The notes under the pieces are model-generated. The model was not told the DNA's origin. It did not search any database and worked only from the letters and a program-made list of their open reading frames with translations. From an uncultured Gammaproteobacteria bacterium (GTDB lineage: Bacteria; Patescibacteriota; Microgenomatia; CAZETR01; Amesbacteraceae), in assembly GCA_964518565.1 (NCBI GenBank), contig CAZFGX010000001.1, forward strand, positions 11,046-75,045: a stretch of DNA of 64,000 bases, read 5' to 3'. Shown here piece after piece: positions 19,475-29,519 of this stretch. Every line of letters starts with the position of its first letter. Within the stretch, counting starts at the first letter, position 1. The position numbers and the translations under genes were made by a program.

Positions 19475-20328
19475 TTGCCAAAAATATCTCGTAAGCTCCA
19501 CCGAGTAAAACTTCCAGGATACGAAACAATTTCTCCCCGAAATCGCTCCTTAAAGTAAGAAAACCCTTTCCATGCATGGTTTGGCCATCTAGGATCAAAA
19601 ATTCCTTCAAAATCCCACACCTTCGCCCCTCGTTTTTTTGCTTCCTTCATTGCTTCCCAGATCAATAAATATGGTGTGTTTTGACGTTTTGCATTTTCCA
19701 AAGTCGCACCATAAAAATAACTGGCAAGTGATCCATTCAACAAGACCAAGCATCCACATGTTCGATCGATTGTCATACAAAAACAGTCAGCCCCAAAAGC
19801 CCTTACGAGAGCATCATATTGATTTCGTGGTGGCATCCAAATTTTTTTTACCGAAAATGCTTTCTTAAAAATTGAGTAAAATTCATCATGATTATTAATC
19901 TCAATCGCATGTGTCTCCTTTTCTAATTTTCGTAATTTGTATCTAGTATCCTCTCCCAATCCTTTTAATCGCTCAGATAGTTCAGGTTGTAAATCCACCA
20001 TCATGGTTTTTGTTCCTAGCATTGGCCAGCTATCTTGTCGGAAACCCATTTCTTGCAACCTCTGTAGTTCTTCTTTTTCAACACCCAGGCCCGGCTCAAT
20101 CTTGCACATCATAACCCGGTGTTGACGAAGTATCTTCATTAGCTTCTCTTTGTCAATCGAAGAATCAAACCGTTGAATTTTTGCAATATTACCAGGCCAA
20201 AGTTTACGAAGAAATATTTGCACACCCTCAACATGTAAGGTCTGCCAACCTATCGTTTGCATAAAAGACCCGTACATACTGGTTTGACGAATATCTAATC
20301 CTTGAGCTATATGTGTCGCAATTTCCAT
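19471..20328 (-). CDS. FemAB-family peptidoglycan interpeptide-bridge peptidyltransferase (paralog 1)
   Basis: FemAB-family length/architecture, conserved DTRYKLRK (K-x-RYN/K-hR motif) and GNAT-like halves; stop codon overlaps the convergent helicase stop. Confidence 0.6.
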   Translation of the reverse strand: MEIATHIAQGLDIRQTSMYGSFMQTIGWQTLHVEGVQIFLRKLWPGNIAKIQRFDSSIDKEKLMKILRQHRVMMCKIEPGLGVEKEELQRLQEMGFRQDSWPMLGTKTMMVDLQPELSERLKGLGEDTRYKLRKLEKETHAIEINNHDEFYSIFKKAFSVKKIWMPPRNQYDALVRAFGADCFCMTIDRTCGCLVLLNGSLASYFYGATLENAKRQNTPYLLIWEAMKEAKKRGAKVWDFEGIFDPRWPNHAWKGFSYFKERFRGEIVSYPGSFTRWSLRDIFGN

Positions 20329-21242
20329 CGTAATTCTTCAACGGTTCGAAATAATGGATAAATTAAAGATAATATTGGCAAATCAAAGCTGCCTAATAGT
20401 TTTATTTTATTCGCTCCAAATTTCTCTTTAAATTGTCCAAAGCCCGTTCCTGGTTCATTTCCCCACAAGTCAAAAATTTTTACTCCATTTTTTTGTAACT
20501 TTAGAGCGATTTCCCACAATAATAATGTCGATGCCATGACTTCTCTATGTTCCAACGAGTTTCCGCCATATGCATAATATGCCCAATTTTTATGAATAAA
20601 TACCATCGCCGACGCAATGATCTCATCTTTAAATTTTGCAAAAAAAAGTCTTGGATGTAATGTTGCCCACAATTGTCGATGATACTCAGCTGTATGAAAT
20701 CGTACCCCTTGGCGTTTTGCTGTCTCAAGTAATAGTTGAATATGAGTCTCCAAGCCTTCAGCTGATCCGTCTTCATAAACAATTACTCCGTGTCGTTTTG
20801 CTACTTTAATATTATATCTGCCTTTAGGATGCATGGTTGAGAGCATATTTGTCTCAGATTGTTCCAGATTCCACCACAAACTCTCTGGTTTAAACAGTCC
20901 ACGAGATTTGCAAAATGCCCCCGGCATAAATCCAGATTGAGACAATGGTTCCATGCGAATAAAAATCGCCTTACGCTTTCTACCCAAAGTCTTCAACACT
21001 TCAACATCTTCAGGCTGCGGTACTACACCCATTGGAACATATCCAATTGTCCATATCCCGATTTGAGTCCAAATAACCAAATATCCTCGAACCAATCGAT
21101 CTTTCTCAAAAACACCTAATCTACTAATATGTTGCCGATGATTGCGAAACTCACCCCACGCCCAAGTTTGCATCGGGTGTCCAGCCAAATCATCCCACGC
21201 CGTCTTATCAAAATCTGTGACTTCTCGAAACTCCATAAACAA
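20307..21242 (-). CDS. FemAB-family peptidoglycan interpeptide-bridge peptidyltransferase (paralog 2)
   Basis: HPKGRYNIKVAKRHGV motif and overall similarity to adjacent paralog. Confidence 0.6.
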   Translation of the reverse strand: MFMEFREVTDFDKTAWDDLAGHPMQTWAWGEFRNHRQHISRLGVFEKDRLVRGYLVIWTQIGIWTIGYVPMGVVPQPEDVEVLKTLGRKRKAIFIRMEPLSQSGFMPGAFCKSRGLFKPESLWWNLEQSETNMLSTMHPKGRYNIKVAKRHGVIVYEDGSAEGLETHIQLLLETAKRQGVRFHTAEYHRQLWATLHPRLFFAKFKDEIIASAMVFIHKNWAYYAYGGNSLEHREVMASTLLLWEIALKLQKNGVKIFDLWGNEPGTGFGQFKEKFGANKIKLLGSFDLPILSLIYPLFRTVEELRWKLRHI

Positions 21243-21260
21243 ATTATAACGTCTAATTGA

Positions 21261-23138
21261 TCAATCAGGCTTCCATTTCCAGTTTCCCTCAGCATCAAAT
21301 CCCCACTGTTGATCAAGCTCTCCAAAGGGTCGTTGCTGTCTAATTCTCGAATTTGCTTTTGTGGATCCAGAAGAGACGATTAGCTCTTCAGGAATATCGC
21401 CCAAAAATCGAGAGACCATATTAGTACTTCTGGTTCCAAAGTAAAGTCTTCTAAGTGCATATGACACATACAAGCGTTTCATTGCCCGAGTAATACCTAC
21501 ATACGCTAGTCGCCGCTCCTCTTCCATTTGCTCGCTATCCATCAAAGATCGGGAATGTGGGAATATTCCTTCCTCCATTCCGACCAAAAACACAATTGGG
21601 AATTCCAATCCTTTTGCCGCATGCAAGGTCATCAGTGTCACCACTCCATCACCATCATAACGAGAATGCAAAGTCCGCGAAGCCTCCTTCTCTGTCAATG
21701 AGATATTTTCCAAAAAGTCTGCCAAAACTGGAAATTCAGCAGCCACACTCCGTAATTCTTTTATGTTCTCAAGTCTCGCTGCATCTTCTTCGTCATGCTC
21801 TTGAAAAAGATCTAAATATCCTGTCACTCGTAAAACCTCATCTAGTAATTGCAAGGTATTTAAAGAGTCATAAACAATCTTTGCATTTAATAAATGTGCG
21901 AGTCGAGTCTTTCCATTTTTCTCCGCTCTTTTTCTAGACACTTCATCTTCTGGATGAATTAATATTCGTAAATAAGCTAAGATATCTTTTATCTCTTTTC
22001 GTTCATAAAATCGCACCCCGCCAACCAGGGAATAAGGGATGCCGGCGTGTAAAAATGCTTCTTCAAATACACGCGATTGTGCATTGGTTCGATAAAGTAC
22101 CGCATAGTCGGAATAAGAGCCTTGTCGTACAGTTTCGACAATAAATCGTGCTTCATCTAGTTCACTTTCCGCTTCAAAAATTTGTATCTTCTCACCTGGA
22201 CCCTGGTCAGTCCATAATTTTAAAATTGGATGGTTTTTATTCTTAGCAATGACTCGATTTGCTGCCTGAAGAATTGTTTGGGTTGATCGATAATTTTGTT
22301 CGAGATAAATAGTAGTCAAGGTTGGGAAATCTTGTTTCAGTAGCAATAAATTTCGATAATCTGCACCTCGCCATGAATAAATTGCCTGGGACGCATCACC
22401 AACAACCGTAAGTTGTTCCGAATTTCCAGCCAAAATTTTTGTGATTTCATATTGAGCTTTGTTGGTATCTTGATATTCATCCACTAAAACATAACGATAA
22501 GTATTCCAGATTCGTTGTCGAACGGTTTCGTTGGTTTTTAAAAGTTTTACTGTCTCAACTAATAAATCGTCAAAATCCATTGCTTTATATTTCCGCAACA
22601 GCTGTTGATATCCTAAATAAACACGCGAAACCGTTTCCTGAAAGTTTCCACGGGCATAACTTGCATATTCGTGTGTTGCAACCAGTTCATTTTTTGCTCC
22701 GGATATTGCTGCCAATATAGATTGAGGCTTTACAGCCTTAGCATCTACACCTAAAACCTCCATCGCTCGCTTAATAGTGTCGATCTGATCACTTGGGTCA
22801 AAAATTACAAATTGTGGATCTAGTCCTGCCTCTTCCGCAAAACGTCTCAATACTCTAGCGCAAAAACTATGATAAGTTCCAGACTGTCCAGCAAACCGCT
22901 TGCCTAAAATATGTCCCACTCGCTTTGTCATTTCTCCAGCGGCTTTGTTAGTAAATGTCATAAGTAAAATATTTTCCGGGGCAATGTCATGCTTCTCCAT
23001 CAAATAAGCAACTCGATGAGTCAGAACCTTTGTTTTGCCTGAACCTGCGCCAGCCAAAATAAGTAATGGTGTGCCAAAATGCATAACCGCTTCTTGTTGG
23101 TCAGGGTTCAGGCCTTGTAAAATCAAATCAATCTTCAT
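21261..23138 (-). CDS. pcrA: ATP-dependent DNA helicase PcrA/UvrD
   Basis: LNPDQQEAV, AGAGSGKT, DEYQDTN, QNYRST, VTLMTLHAAKGLEF motifs; start chosen at MKIDL (ORF extends to 23279 with an unlikely basic N-terminal extension). Confidence 0.85.
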   Translation of the reverse strand: MKIDLILQGLNPDQQEAVMHFGTPLLILAGAGSGKTKVLTHRVAYLMEKHDIAPENILLMTFTNKAAGEMTKRVGHILGKRFAGQSGTYHSFCARVLRRFAEEAGLDPQFVIFDPSDQIDTIKRAMEVLGVDAKAVKPQSILAAISGAKNELVATHEYASYARGNFQETVSRVYLGYQQLLRKYKAMDFDDLLVETVKLLKTNETVRQRIWNTYRYVLVDEYQDTNKAQYEITKILAGNSEQLTVVGDASQAIYSWRGADYRNLLLLKQDFPTLTTIYLEQNYRSTQTILQAANRVIAKNKNHPILKLWTDQGPGEKIQIFEAESELDEARFIVETVRQGSYSDYAVLYRTNAQSRVFEEAFLHAGIPYSLVGGVRFYERKEIKDILAYLRILIHPEDEVSRKRAEKNGKTRLAHLLNAKIVYDSLNTLQLLDEVLRVTGYLDLFQEHDEEDAARLENIKELRSVAAEFPVLADFLENISLTEKEASRTLHSRYDGDGVVTLMTLHAAKGLEFPIVFLVGMEEGIFPHSRSLMDSEQMEEERRLAYVGITRAMKRLYVSYALRRLYFGTRSTNMVSRFLGDIPEELIVSSGSTKANSRIRQQRPFGELDQQWGFDAEGNWKWKPD

Positions 23139-24201
23139 GAAGTATATGCAGCATACCAGATTTGCCCTGCTCTTCAATCGTCTAAAACGCCGTTTTTTTT
23201 CGCGTACACATTTAGCACGAGTGGTCTCATTAGGCTTAGGCCTTTTTTTATTAGCACTTACATTTTTTTTCCTCACCAAGGCTATTGAAGAAATAAATCA
23301 GTTTAAATCAAAAAATATCGAGCAATCAAATGGTCAAACAAATATTCTTATTCTTGGAGTTGGAGGTCAAAATCATGATGGACCAGATCTAACTGATACG
23401 ATCATCGTGGCCTCGTTTAGTCATGTTTCGCAAAAGATCACTTTACTATCAGTGCCTCGAGATATCTGGATCCCAACACTCAATGCCAAGATAAATAGTG
23501 TTTATCATTATGGAGAAACAGTTCAAACTGGTGGGGGACTTCTACTGACAAAATCAGCAATTTCTCAAATAATCGATCAGCCAATTCATTATGCCATTAT
23601 GATAGATTTTTCCTTATTTCAGAAATCAATTGATTTGCTCGATGGAATCGATGTTACAGTAGACTTTGGATTTACAGACAACGACTATCCTATTGCTGGC
23701 AAAGAAAATGATACATGTGGTAATGATCCTCAAGCTCGGTGTCGATATGAAACAATTACTTTCGCGCCTGGTCTACAGCATATGGACGGTACGACTGCCT
23801 TAAAATTTGTCCGCTCACGTCATGCCCAGGGTGACCAGGGGACAGACTTTGCTCGTAGTCAGCGTCAAGAAAAAGTAATCGCTGCATTCAAGCAAAAATT
23901 ACTTTCACTATCTGTGACTTCTCATCCAAAACTCTATTACCAACTTTATGAACAAATTACTCAGTCGATTCATACAGATTTTCCTCGAGACATGTATCCA
24001 AAGGCTATGTTTTTTGGTCTTAAGTCTCGAAGCTGGCCAATTCATTCATATACACTTTCTACACCTGACCAGCTCTCTCACCCCCCAATCTCTCCAGAGT
24101 ATTTAAATCAATGGGTTCTAATTCCTAAAGATAACCGTCCAGAAAATATAACCAACTACGTTAAAAATATTTTTACTTCACCTGATACACAGTCACACTA
24201 G
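23137..24201 (+). CDS. LytR-CpsA-Psr (LCP) family cell-wall glycopolymer phosphotransferase
   Basis: N-terminal TM, ILILGVGGQNHDGPDLTDTIIVASF…ITLLSVPRDIWIP LCP core motifs. Confidence 0.8.
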   Translation: MKYMQHTRFALLFNRLKRRFFSRTHLARVVSLGLGLFLLALTFFFLTKAIEEINQFKSKNIEQSNGQTNILILGVGGQNHDGPDLTDTIIVASFSHVSQKITLLSVPRDIWIPTLNAKINSVYHYGETVQTGGGLLLTKSAISQIIDQPIHYAIMIDFSLFQKSIDLLDGIDVTVDFGFTDNDYPIAGKENDTCGNDPQARCRYETITFAPGLQHMDGTTALKFVRSRHAQGDQGTDFARSQRQEKVIAAFKQKLLSLSVTSHPKLYYQLYEQITQSIHTDFPRDMYPKAMFFGLKSRSWPIHSYTLSTPDQLSHPPISPEYLNQWVLIPKDNRPENITNYVKNIFTSPDTQSH

Positions 24202-26266
24202 GGCGCCAAAACACTTGTTCGCCCAACTGTTTCATTACTATATCTTGCATAAGTGGATATTTCTGCCGTTCTAAATCACCAACAACCAAATATTTCACAC
24301 GGTATTGTCGCAAAAGCGCCAAGGCCATATTTGAATCCGTTGCTTCGTAGATCTGTCGTACATGTTCCACTCTTGCGGCAATCGGCTCATAACCCCCTCG
24401 CCATAGCCACTCATGAACCAGCCATCCAGCAACAGTAGGCGAACCGCTAAACGTCGAGATCTGATTAAAATCAGTATAACTATCTCCAGAAGCCTCAAGG
24501 ATGCTTACAGGCATAGTAGTATTTTGGGTTTTTAACCACGAAATCACCTCAAAATTATCTGGATACTTTTCCTGTAACCAATTCAATCCGTATAAACCTT
24601 TGTAATTAGACCAGTTTAGTACTCCAAAATAAGATTTAACGCTAAATATAGGATAAATAACCACCAAGTAGAGGAGTGGAAGTAGTCCAATTGTAAAAAG
24701 CACTCTTTTTACCGAACGAAATGAAATCAATTTTACTACTGCATATCCTGACCAAATACCCAGAAGCATAAATGCCTGATAGCCAAGCTTAAACATAGTA
24801 TTGCTCCGAAAATGTTGAGGGTATATATCTTTGAAATAAAAAAATTCAGAAAAGAAAATTAATCCTGTACAAATAAACAAAAACATTCCAAATATCATTG
24901 CTCGTTGTTTATCAAAATTGCGTATCAAAAATAAAAGTGCAACACAACAATAAAAAAAGAAACCCCACAATACAAACATCATCCACAATGGGGAGTGTTG
25001 GCATTTTTCTACACCTTCAAACAACAATGGTCCAATCTTATGGTTTGCCAGAGATGTTGGTGGACAATTTATTGCCAATCCTGAAACAAAAGAATGAAAA
25101 TGTGCAGTAAAAGGCCATGTAGTAATCAAAAAAGCCGTGACCAAGAAGAGTATTGCAAATATAAGTTCTCGGATCGATCTTCCTCGATCAAAAAAAACCA
25201 TTAATCCAAACAAAAGCAAAAAACTTACCAGGTATATAGGACCATCCAGAGCGTTGGTCATAAACATCACTCCACACAACCAACCAAAAAAAGTTGTTTC
25301 AATGAGTGTAGGTTTACGCTTTTGAATAAAAAACCGATCAATTAAAAATCCAATACTCACCAGCGCCAGTGGAATATCCAATACATGACCATGAATATCC
25401 GATACAACAAAAGAATAGCTTGGGAATTCATGAATCGTATAAGGAATAAAGCGCGTAGCATTTGGATACCAATAGCTATTCCAAGAATTTACTCTTGTGG
25501 TAGTCTCAAATGGATTAATCAAAATTTGCCAAAAAGGTATGGGATTATCCTCCTGCCCCGAATAGCCAGAAGTGTAGGAATAAACAGTATGTAAGTTTCC
25601 ACCTAGGCTCACAAGATAAGCTACGAAAATCGCCGCCAAAAGCTTAACACCCATTCTTCGTGCAATACAAAAACTAAAACAAAAACACAAACTAAATAGC
25701 GTTGCCAACATCAAATTAAACGTGACTCCCAGTTCAAGTCCAGAAAGTTGAGTAAATACAGCCAAAATAAAATGTCCAAAATAATAATAATTGACAGTTT
25801 CACCCGAGTACCACATGTCGGCAGGTGGCATATACTTCGAATGTAAAATCGAATTAGTAATTCCAAAATCCATAAACTTTTCCAAGCCATTAATAGTGGG
25901 TTCGTGTCCTTTTACATAAGCCCAGCCGCAAACGAGAAAAAGAAACAAAAACTCTTCGGCTATAATTTTTTTCCAATTCATGCGTAGATAACCAGATCTT
26001 TTCGCTCCTCGATTAACCATCCAACCAACACCCAGCAAAACCAAACTTGACACAATAAATGCTTCAGTGCCAAATGGTAAAATTTTACAAACCGATAAGA
26101 CTAAAACCCCAAAACTTACCCCAGCAGCACCTAATATTTTTGCGAATAAATATCCTCTGTCTTCCCATTCAGAAAAAAAGCGTTGAGCCAGTGGCCAGAC
26201 TATCCACCCCAAAGCTGACCATACTAAACACCAGCGCAAAACCAGCAACAAATCATTCCAAAACAT
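24173..26266 (-). CDS. Large polytopic membrane protein, DUF2298/YYY-type putative GT-C glycosyltransferase
   Basis: 697 aa, >12 TM, conserved …VNYYYFGHF… (YYY) segment. Confidence 0.45.
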   Translation of the reverse strand: MFWNDLLLVLRWCLVWSALGWIVWPLAQRFFSEWEDRGYLFAKILGAAGVSFGVLVLSVCKILPFGTEAFIVSSLVLLGVGWMVNRGAKRSGYLRMNWKKIIAEEFLFLFLVCGWAYVKGHEPTINGLEKFMDFGITNSILHSKYMPPADMWYSGETVNYYYFGHFILAVFTQLSGLELGVTFNLMLATLFSLCFCFSFCIARRMGVKLLAAIFVAYLVSLGGNLHTVYSYTSGYSGQEDNPIPFWQILINPFETTTRVNSWNSYWYPNATRFIPYTIHEFPSYSFVVSDIHGHVLDIPLALVSIGFLIDRFFIQKRKPTLIETTFFGWLCGVMFMTNALDGPIYLVSFLLLFGLMVFFDRGRSIRELIFAILFLVTAFLITTWPFTAHFHSFVSGLAINCPPTSLANHKIGPLLFEGVEKCQHSPLWMMFVLWGFFFYCCVALLFLIRNFDKQRAMIFGMFLFICTGLIFFSEFFYFKDIYPQHFRSNTMFKLGYQAFMLLGIWSGYAVVKLISFRSVKRVLFTIGLLPLLYLVVIYPIFSVKSYFGVLNWSNYKGLYGLNWLQEKYPDNFEVISWLKTQNTTMPVSILEASGDSYTDFNQISTFSGSPTVAGWLVHEWLWRGGYEPIAARVEHVRQIYEATDSNMALALLRQYRVKYLVVGDLERQKYPLMQDIVMKQLGEQVFWRPSVTVYQVK

Positions 26267-26280
26267 ATAATGACTATTAT

Positions 26281-27831
26281 ATGCGAAAAGTTATCATCGA
26301 TTTGTGTTTTTTGGGTATTTGTTTAGCCATTTCGTTTTGGGTGATCAGTCGATCGTTGGCATACACAGCTCCTGAATCTACGCTTCAAATTGGCAGCAAA
26401 TACTGGAGTGACTTTGGTAGCCATTTACCACTAATTCGTTCATTTTCTCTGGGCCAAAATTGGCCACCACAACACCCGTTATACCCTGGTGAGCCGATCA
26501 AATATCACTTTGCCTTTTACGCACTTGTTGGAATATTAGAAAAAGCTGGAGTACCTCTCGCATTTGCCTTAAATATTCCCAGTAGTTTGGGTTTATTTTT
26601 TTTACTGGCACTTATTTTCGTGTTAGGAAAACGGCTTTTTTTAAGTCAGTTTGTAAGTTTTGTAGCCCCACTATTTATTTTATTTAATGGCAGTTTATCG
26701 TGGATAGAATTTTTACAAAAAAATTCATTAAACGAACTGACCTCTTTATCAAATTTTGTCTCGTTTGGACCATGGAACGGGAGCCAAATAGCTGCCATTT
26801 GGACACTAAATATTTTTACTAATCAACGCCACTTGGGTATATCCATCGGTGTAGCACTATGGCTGATATGTGTGTTATTTACTCGAAACAAAAAATATTA
26901 TGTATTGTTGGGAACAATGTTTGGCATCTTGTCGTTAATAAATATGGCGATTTCCCTGACCACACTCCCTTTTATAGCAATTGCCTTCCTGACCGAGAAG
27001 AAAGCAAAAACACTACTACTGTTATCTTTTGCCACAGCAATACCATGGATTATATTTTTAATTACATATGTTCGTCCAGATACACACATCACCTGGCATC
27101 TGGGATATCTCATACCTTCCCCGCTTGCGATCACAAATATCTATATATATTGGTTAAAAAACCTAGGACCTCATATTTTCCTTATCCCATTAGGATTTTT
27201 ACTATCTCCTAAAAAAGCAAAATACTTATTTGTACCCCTATTAATAATCTTTTTAATCCCAAATCTAGTTCAAATGTCACCAGATATATTTAATAATCAT
27301 AAATTTTTCAATGTATTTATTATCATCGGCAGTCTATTTTCTGCCTATGCAATTAAACGCTTAAAAGCAATCGGAATAGTTCTATTACCATTGGTAATTT
27401 TGGGAGGAATAGTCGATATATTTCCGTTAATAAATGAAACATTTGTTCCGCTATCAGATATACCAAAAAATCCAGATGTAGTATTTATTCAAAACCACAC
27501 AGAAAAAAATTCAGTCATATTAAACAGTTTTTGGTTTTATCATCCAGCCTCACTTGCGGGTCGATCAATTTTTAATGGCTACCCATATTTCACTTGGTCA
27601 TATGGATATGATGAAACTGCTCGCGAAAGACTCACGCAAACCATATATGCGGCACCTGACGCCCAGAGCGCCTGCCAACTACTTTCACAAAATCATATTC
27701 AGTATGTTGAGATTTCTCCTAATCATGAACAGTTTATTTCCCTTTCTAGTTTTTGGAACAATTGGTTAGTAGCATACACCAATTCAAGTACTGGGCTAAA
27801 ATTATATTCAGTCACCAAAAACTGTTTATGA
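26281..27831 (+). CDS. Polytopic membrane protein, putative GT-C fold glycosyltransferase
   Basis: Start chosen at MRKVIIDL; multi-TM; extracytoplasmic loop SKYWSDFGSHLPLIRSF…HPLYPGEPIKYHF resembling the first-loop DE region of GT-C enzymes. Confidence 0.45.
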   Translation: MRKVIIDLCFLGICLAISFWVISRSLAYTAPESTLQIGSKYWSDFGSHLPLIRSFSLGQNWPPQHPLYPGEPIKYHFAFYALVGILEKAGVPLAFALNIPSSLGLFFLLALIFVLGKRLFLSQFVSFVAPLFILFNGSLSWIEFLQKNSLNELTSLSNFVSFGPWNGSQIAAIWTLNIFTNQRHLGISIGVALWLICVLFTRNKKYYVLLGTMFGILSLINMAISLTTLPFIAIAFLTEKKAKTLLLLSFATAIPWIIFLITYVRPDTHITWHLGYLIPSPLAITNIYIYWLKNLGPHIFLIPLGFLLSPKKAKYLFVPLLIIFLIPNLVQMSPDIFNNHKFFNVFIIIGSLFSAYAIKRLKAIGIVLLPLVILGGIVDIFPLINETFVPLSDIPKNPDVVFIQNHTEKNSVILNSFWFYHPASLAGRSIFNGYPYFTWSYGYDETARERLTQTIYAAPDAQSACQLLSQNHIQYVEISPNHEQFISLSSFWNNWLVAYTNSSTGLKLYSVTKNCL

Positions 27832-29519
27832 TAAAAACTGCAATCTTACTAATAGTTATATTATTCATTGGTGGTCTGTTCCGTTTTTTTGGTCTGAATT
27901 GGGATCAAAACCAACATCTGAATCCTGACGAGCGGTTCTTGACAATGGTTGCCCAGAATTTACAAGTACCCCAGTCGATCCATCAGTATCTTAATACGAA
28001 TAAATCTCTTTTTAATCCTAATAATATCGGATATGACTTTTACGTTTACGGCACCTACCCAATCCACCTCATTAAAGGTTTAGCAATCTTGACTCAACAC
28101 GACAATTACACAGATATCACTCTGTTGGGCCGTCTTGTATCAGCCCTACTCGATACAGGTTCAATTCTTTTAATCTTTCTCATCGCCAGACGCCTACGTT
28201 TCTCAGATAAGGCTGCCCTCATTGCTAGTCTTTCATATGCCTGTATGGCGCTACCTATTCAACTCTCTCACTTTTTTACCGTCGATCCGTATGTTGTGTT
28301 CTTTTCTTTATTTACCATCTATTTCACTCTATGTATCGAATCAACGAGTATCGCTGCACTCCTCGCAGGCATGGGTTTTGGTTTGGCCGTTAGTGCAAAA
28401 ATATCCGGAGCCCTAGTTGCGGCTCCAGTACTATTAATTTGGATTGGATATTTGCTTCAAAAAAAACAATTCACTCGCATTGTAATTTCGGCCATTATAT
28501 TCACAATCTCGAGCGTCGTAACGCTTCGACTTGCATTCCCATATATCTTTGAAGCCACTGGATTAATACCTACAAACATAAACCCGAAGTTTATTACTGC
28601 GATCAAGCAACTTGAATCATTCAATACTACTGACGGTTGGTTTCCTCCATCTGTTCAGTGGATCAACATGTCCAAAGGTGTTTTCCCCCTTGAGAACATT
28701 CTTTTTTGGGGCATAGGTTTACCGTTGAGTATATGTCTATGTCTCAGTTTAATAAAAAGCCTTATATCCATAAAAAAAATTCCCCGTCTATTGGTACCTC
28801 TCAGTGTAATTATCGTAATCTATATTTATCAAAGTCTTCAGTTTGCTCAACCAATGCGCTATTTTTATCCCTTATATCCAGCAATGGCACTCATAATCGG
28901 TTTTGCTCTTTCTTCAATTCGCCAAAAAATCCCCCTCGTACTTATTTGTCTTAGTTTTATTGCTTGGCCATTGGCTGTATCAGCAATATACACCCGACCT
29001 CATACTCGGATAGTTGCTTCACATTGGATAAATCAGCACATACCTCCAAATAGTAAAATATCTTGCGAGCTCTGGGATGATTGTTTACCTCTCGGTGGGC
29101 CGGGTCAATATCAAATGGTCGAACTACCACTATATAATTCGGAAATTGGCGATAAATGGACCGATATCAATACCCGAATCAACTCTCTAGATTATATTAT
29201 TCTTTCAAGTAATAGATTATATGGATCAATAATGGCCAATCCCCAGTTGTATCCCCAAACCACGAATTGGTACAAAGATCTATTTACTGGCAAGTTAGGC
29301 TTCAAAAAAATTGCCGAATTTACTTCCCGCCCAACCCTACCCATTCCAGGTCTTCAACTCTGTCTTACTCCGCCAAATATTAACTATGGAGCTATCGCCA
29401 AAACAGATCAAAAATGTGACACAAGCGGACTATCTTTTGTAGATGATTATGCAGACGAGTCGTGGACAGTATATGACCATCCAAAAGTAATTATTTTTCA
29501 ACGGGTTTTTGCACAATAA
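27828..29519 (+). CDS. Polytopic membrane protein, putative GT-C fold glycosyltransferase (ArnT/PMT-like)
   Basis: ATGA start/stop overlap with upstream gene; HLNPDERFLTMVA first-loop motif, about 12 TM plus C-terminal soluble domain. Confidence 0.45.
   Translation: MIKTAILLIVILFIGGLFRFFGLNWDQNQHLNPDERFLTMVAQNLQVPQSIHQYLNTNKSLFNPNNIGYDFYVYGTYPIHLIKGLAILTQHDNYTDITLLGRLVSALLDTGSILLIFLIARRLRFSDKAALIASLSYACMALPIQLSHFFTVDPYVVFFSLFTIYFTLCIESTSIAALLAGMGFGLAVSAKISGALVAAPVLLIWIGYLLQKKQFTRIVISAIIFTISSVVTLRLAFPYIFEATGLIPTNINPKFITAIKQLESFNTTDGWFPPSVQWINMSKGVFPLENILFWGIGLPLSICLCLSLIKSLISIKKIPRLLVPLSVIIVIYIYQSLQFAQPMRYFYPLYPAMALIIGFALSSIRQKIPLVLICLSFIAWPLAVSAIYTRPHTRIVASHWINQHIPPNSKISCELWDDCLPLGGPGQYQMVELPLYNSEIGDKWTDINTRINSLDYIILSSNRLYGSIMANPQLYPQTTNWYKDLFTGKLGFKKIAEFTSRPTLPIPGLQLCLTPPNINYGAIAKTDQKCDTSGLSFVDDYADESWTVYDHPKVIIFQRVFAQ

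Noticed and set aside
23139-23279. 47-aa basic N-terminal extension of PcrA ORF
   Set aside because: Conserved UvrD N-terminus begins at MKIDL…LNPDQQEAV; extension overlaps LCP gene.
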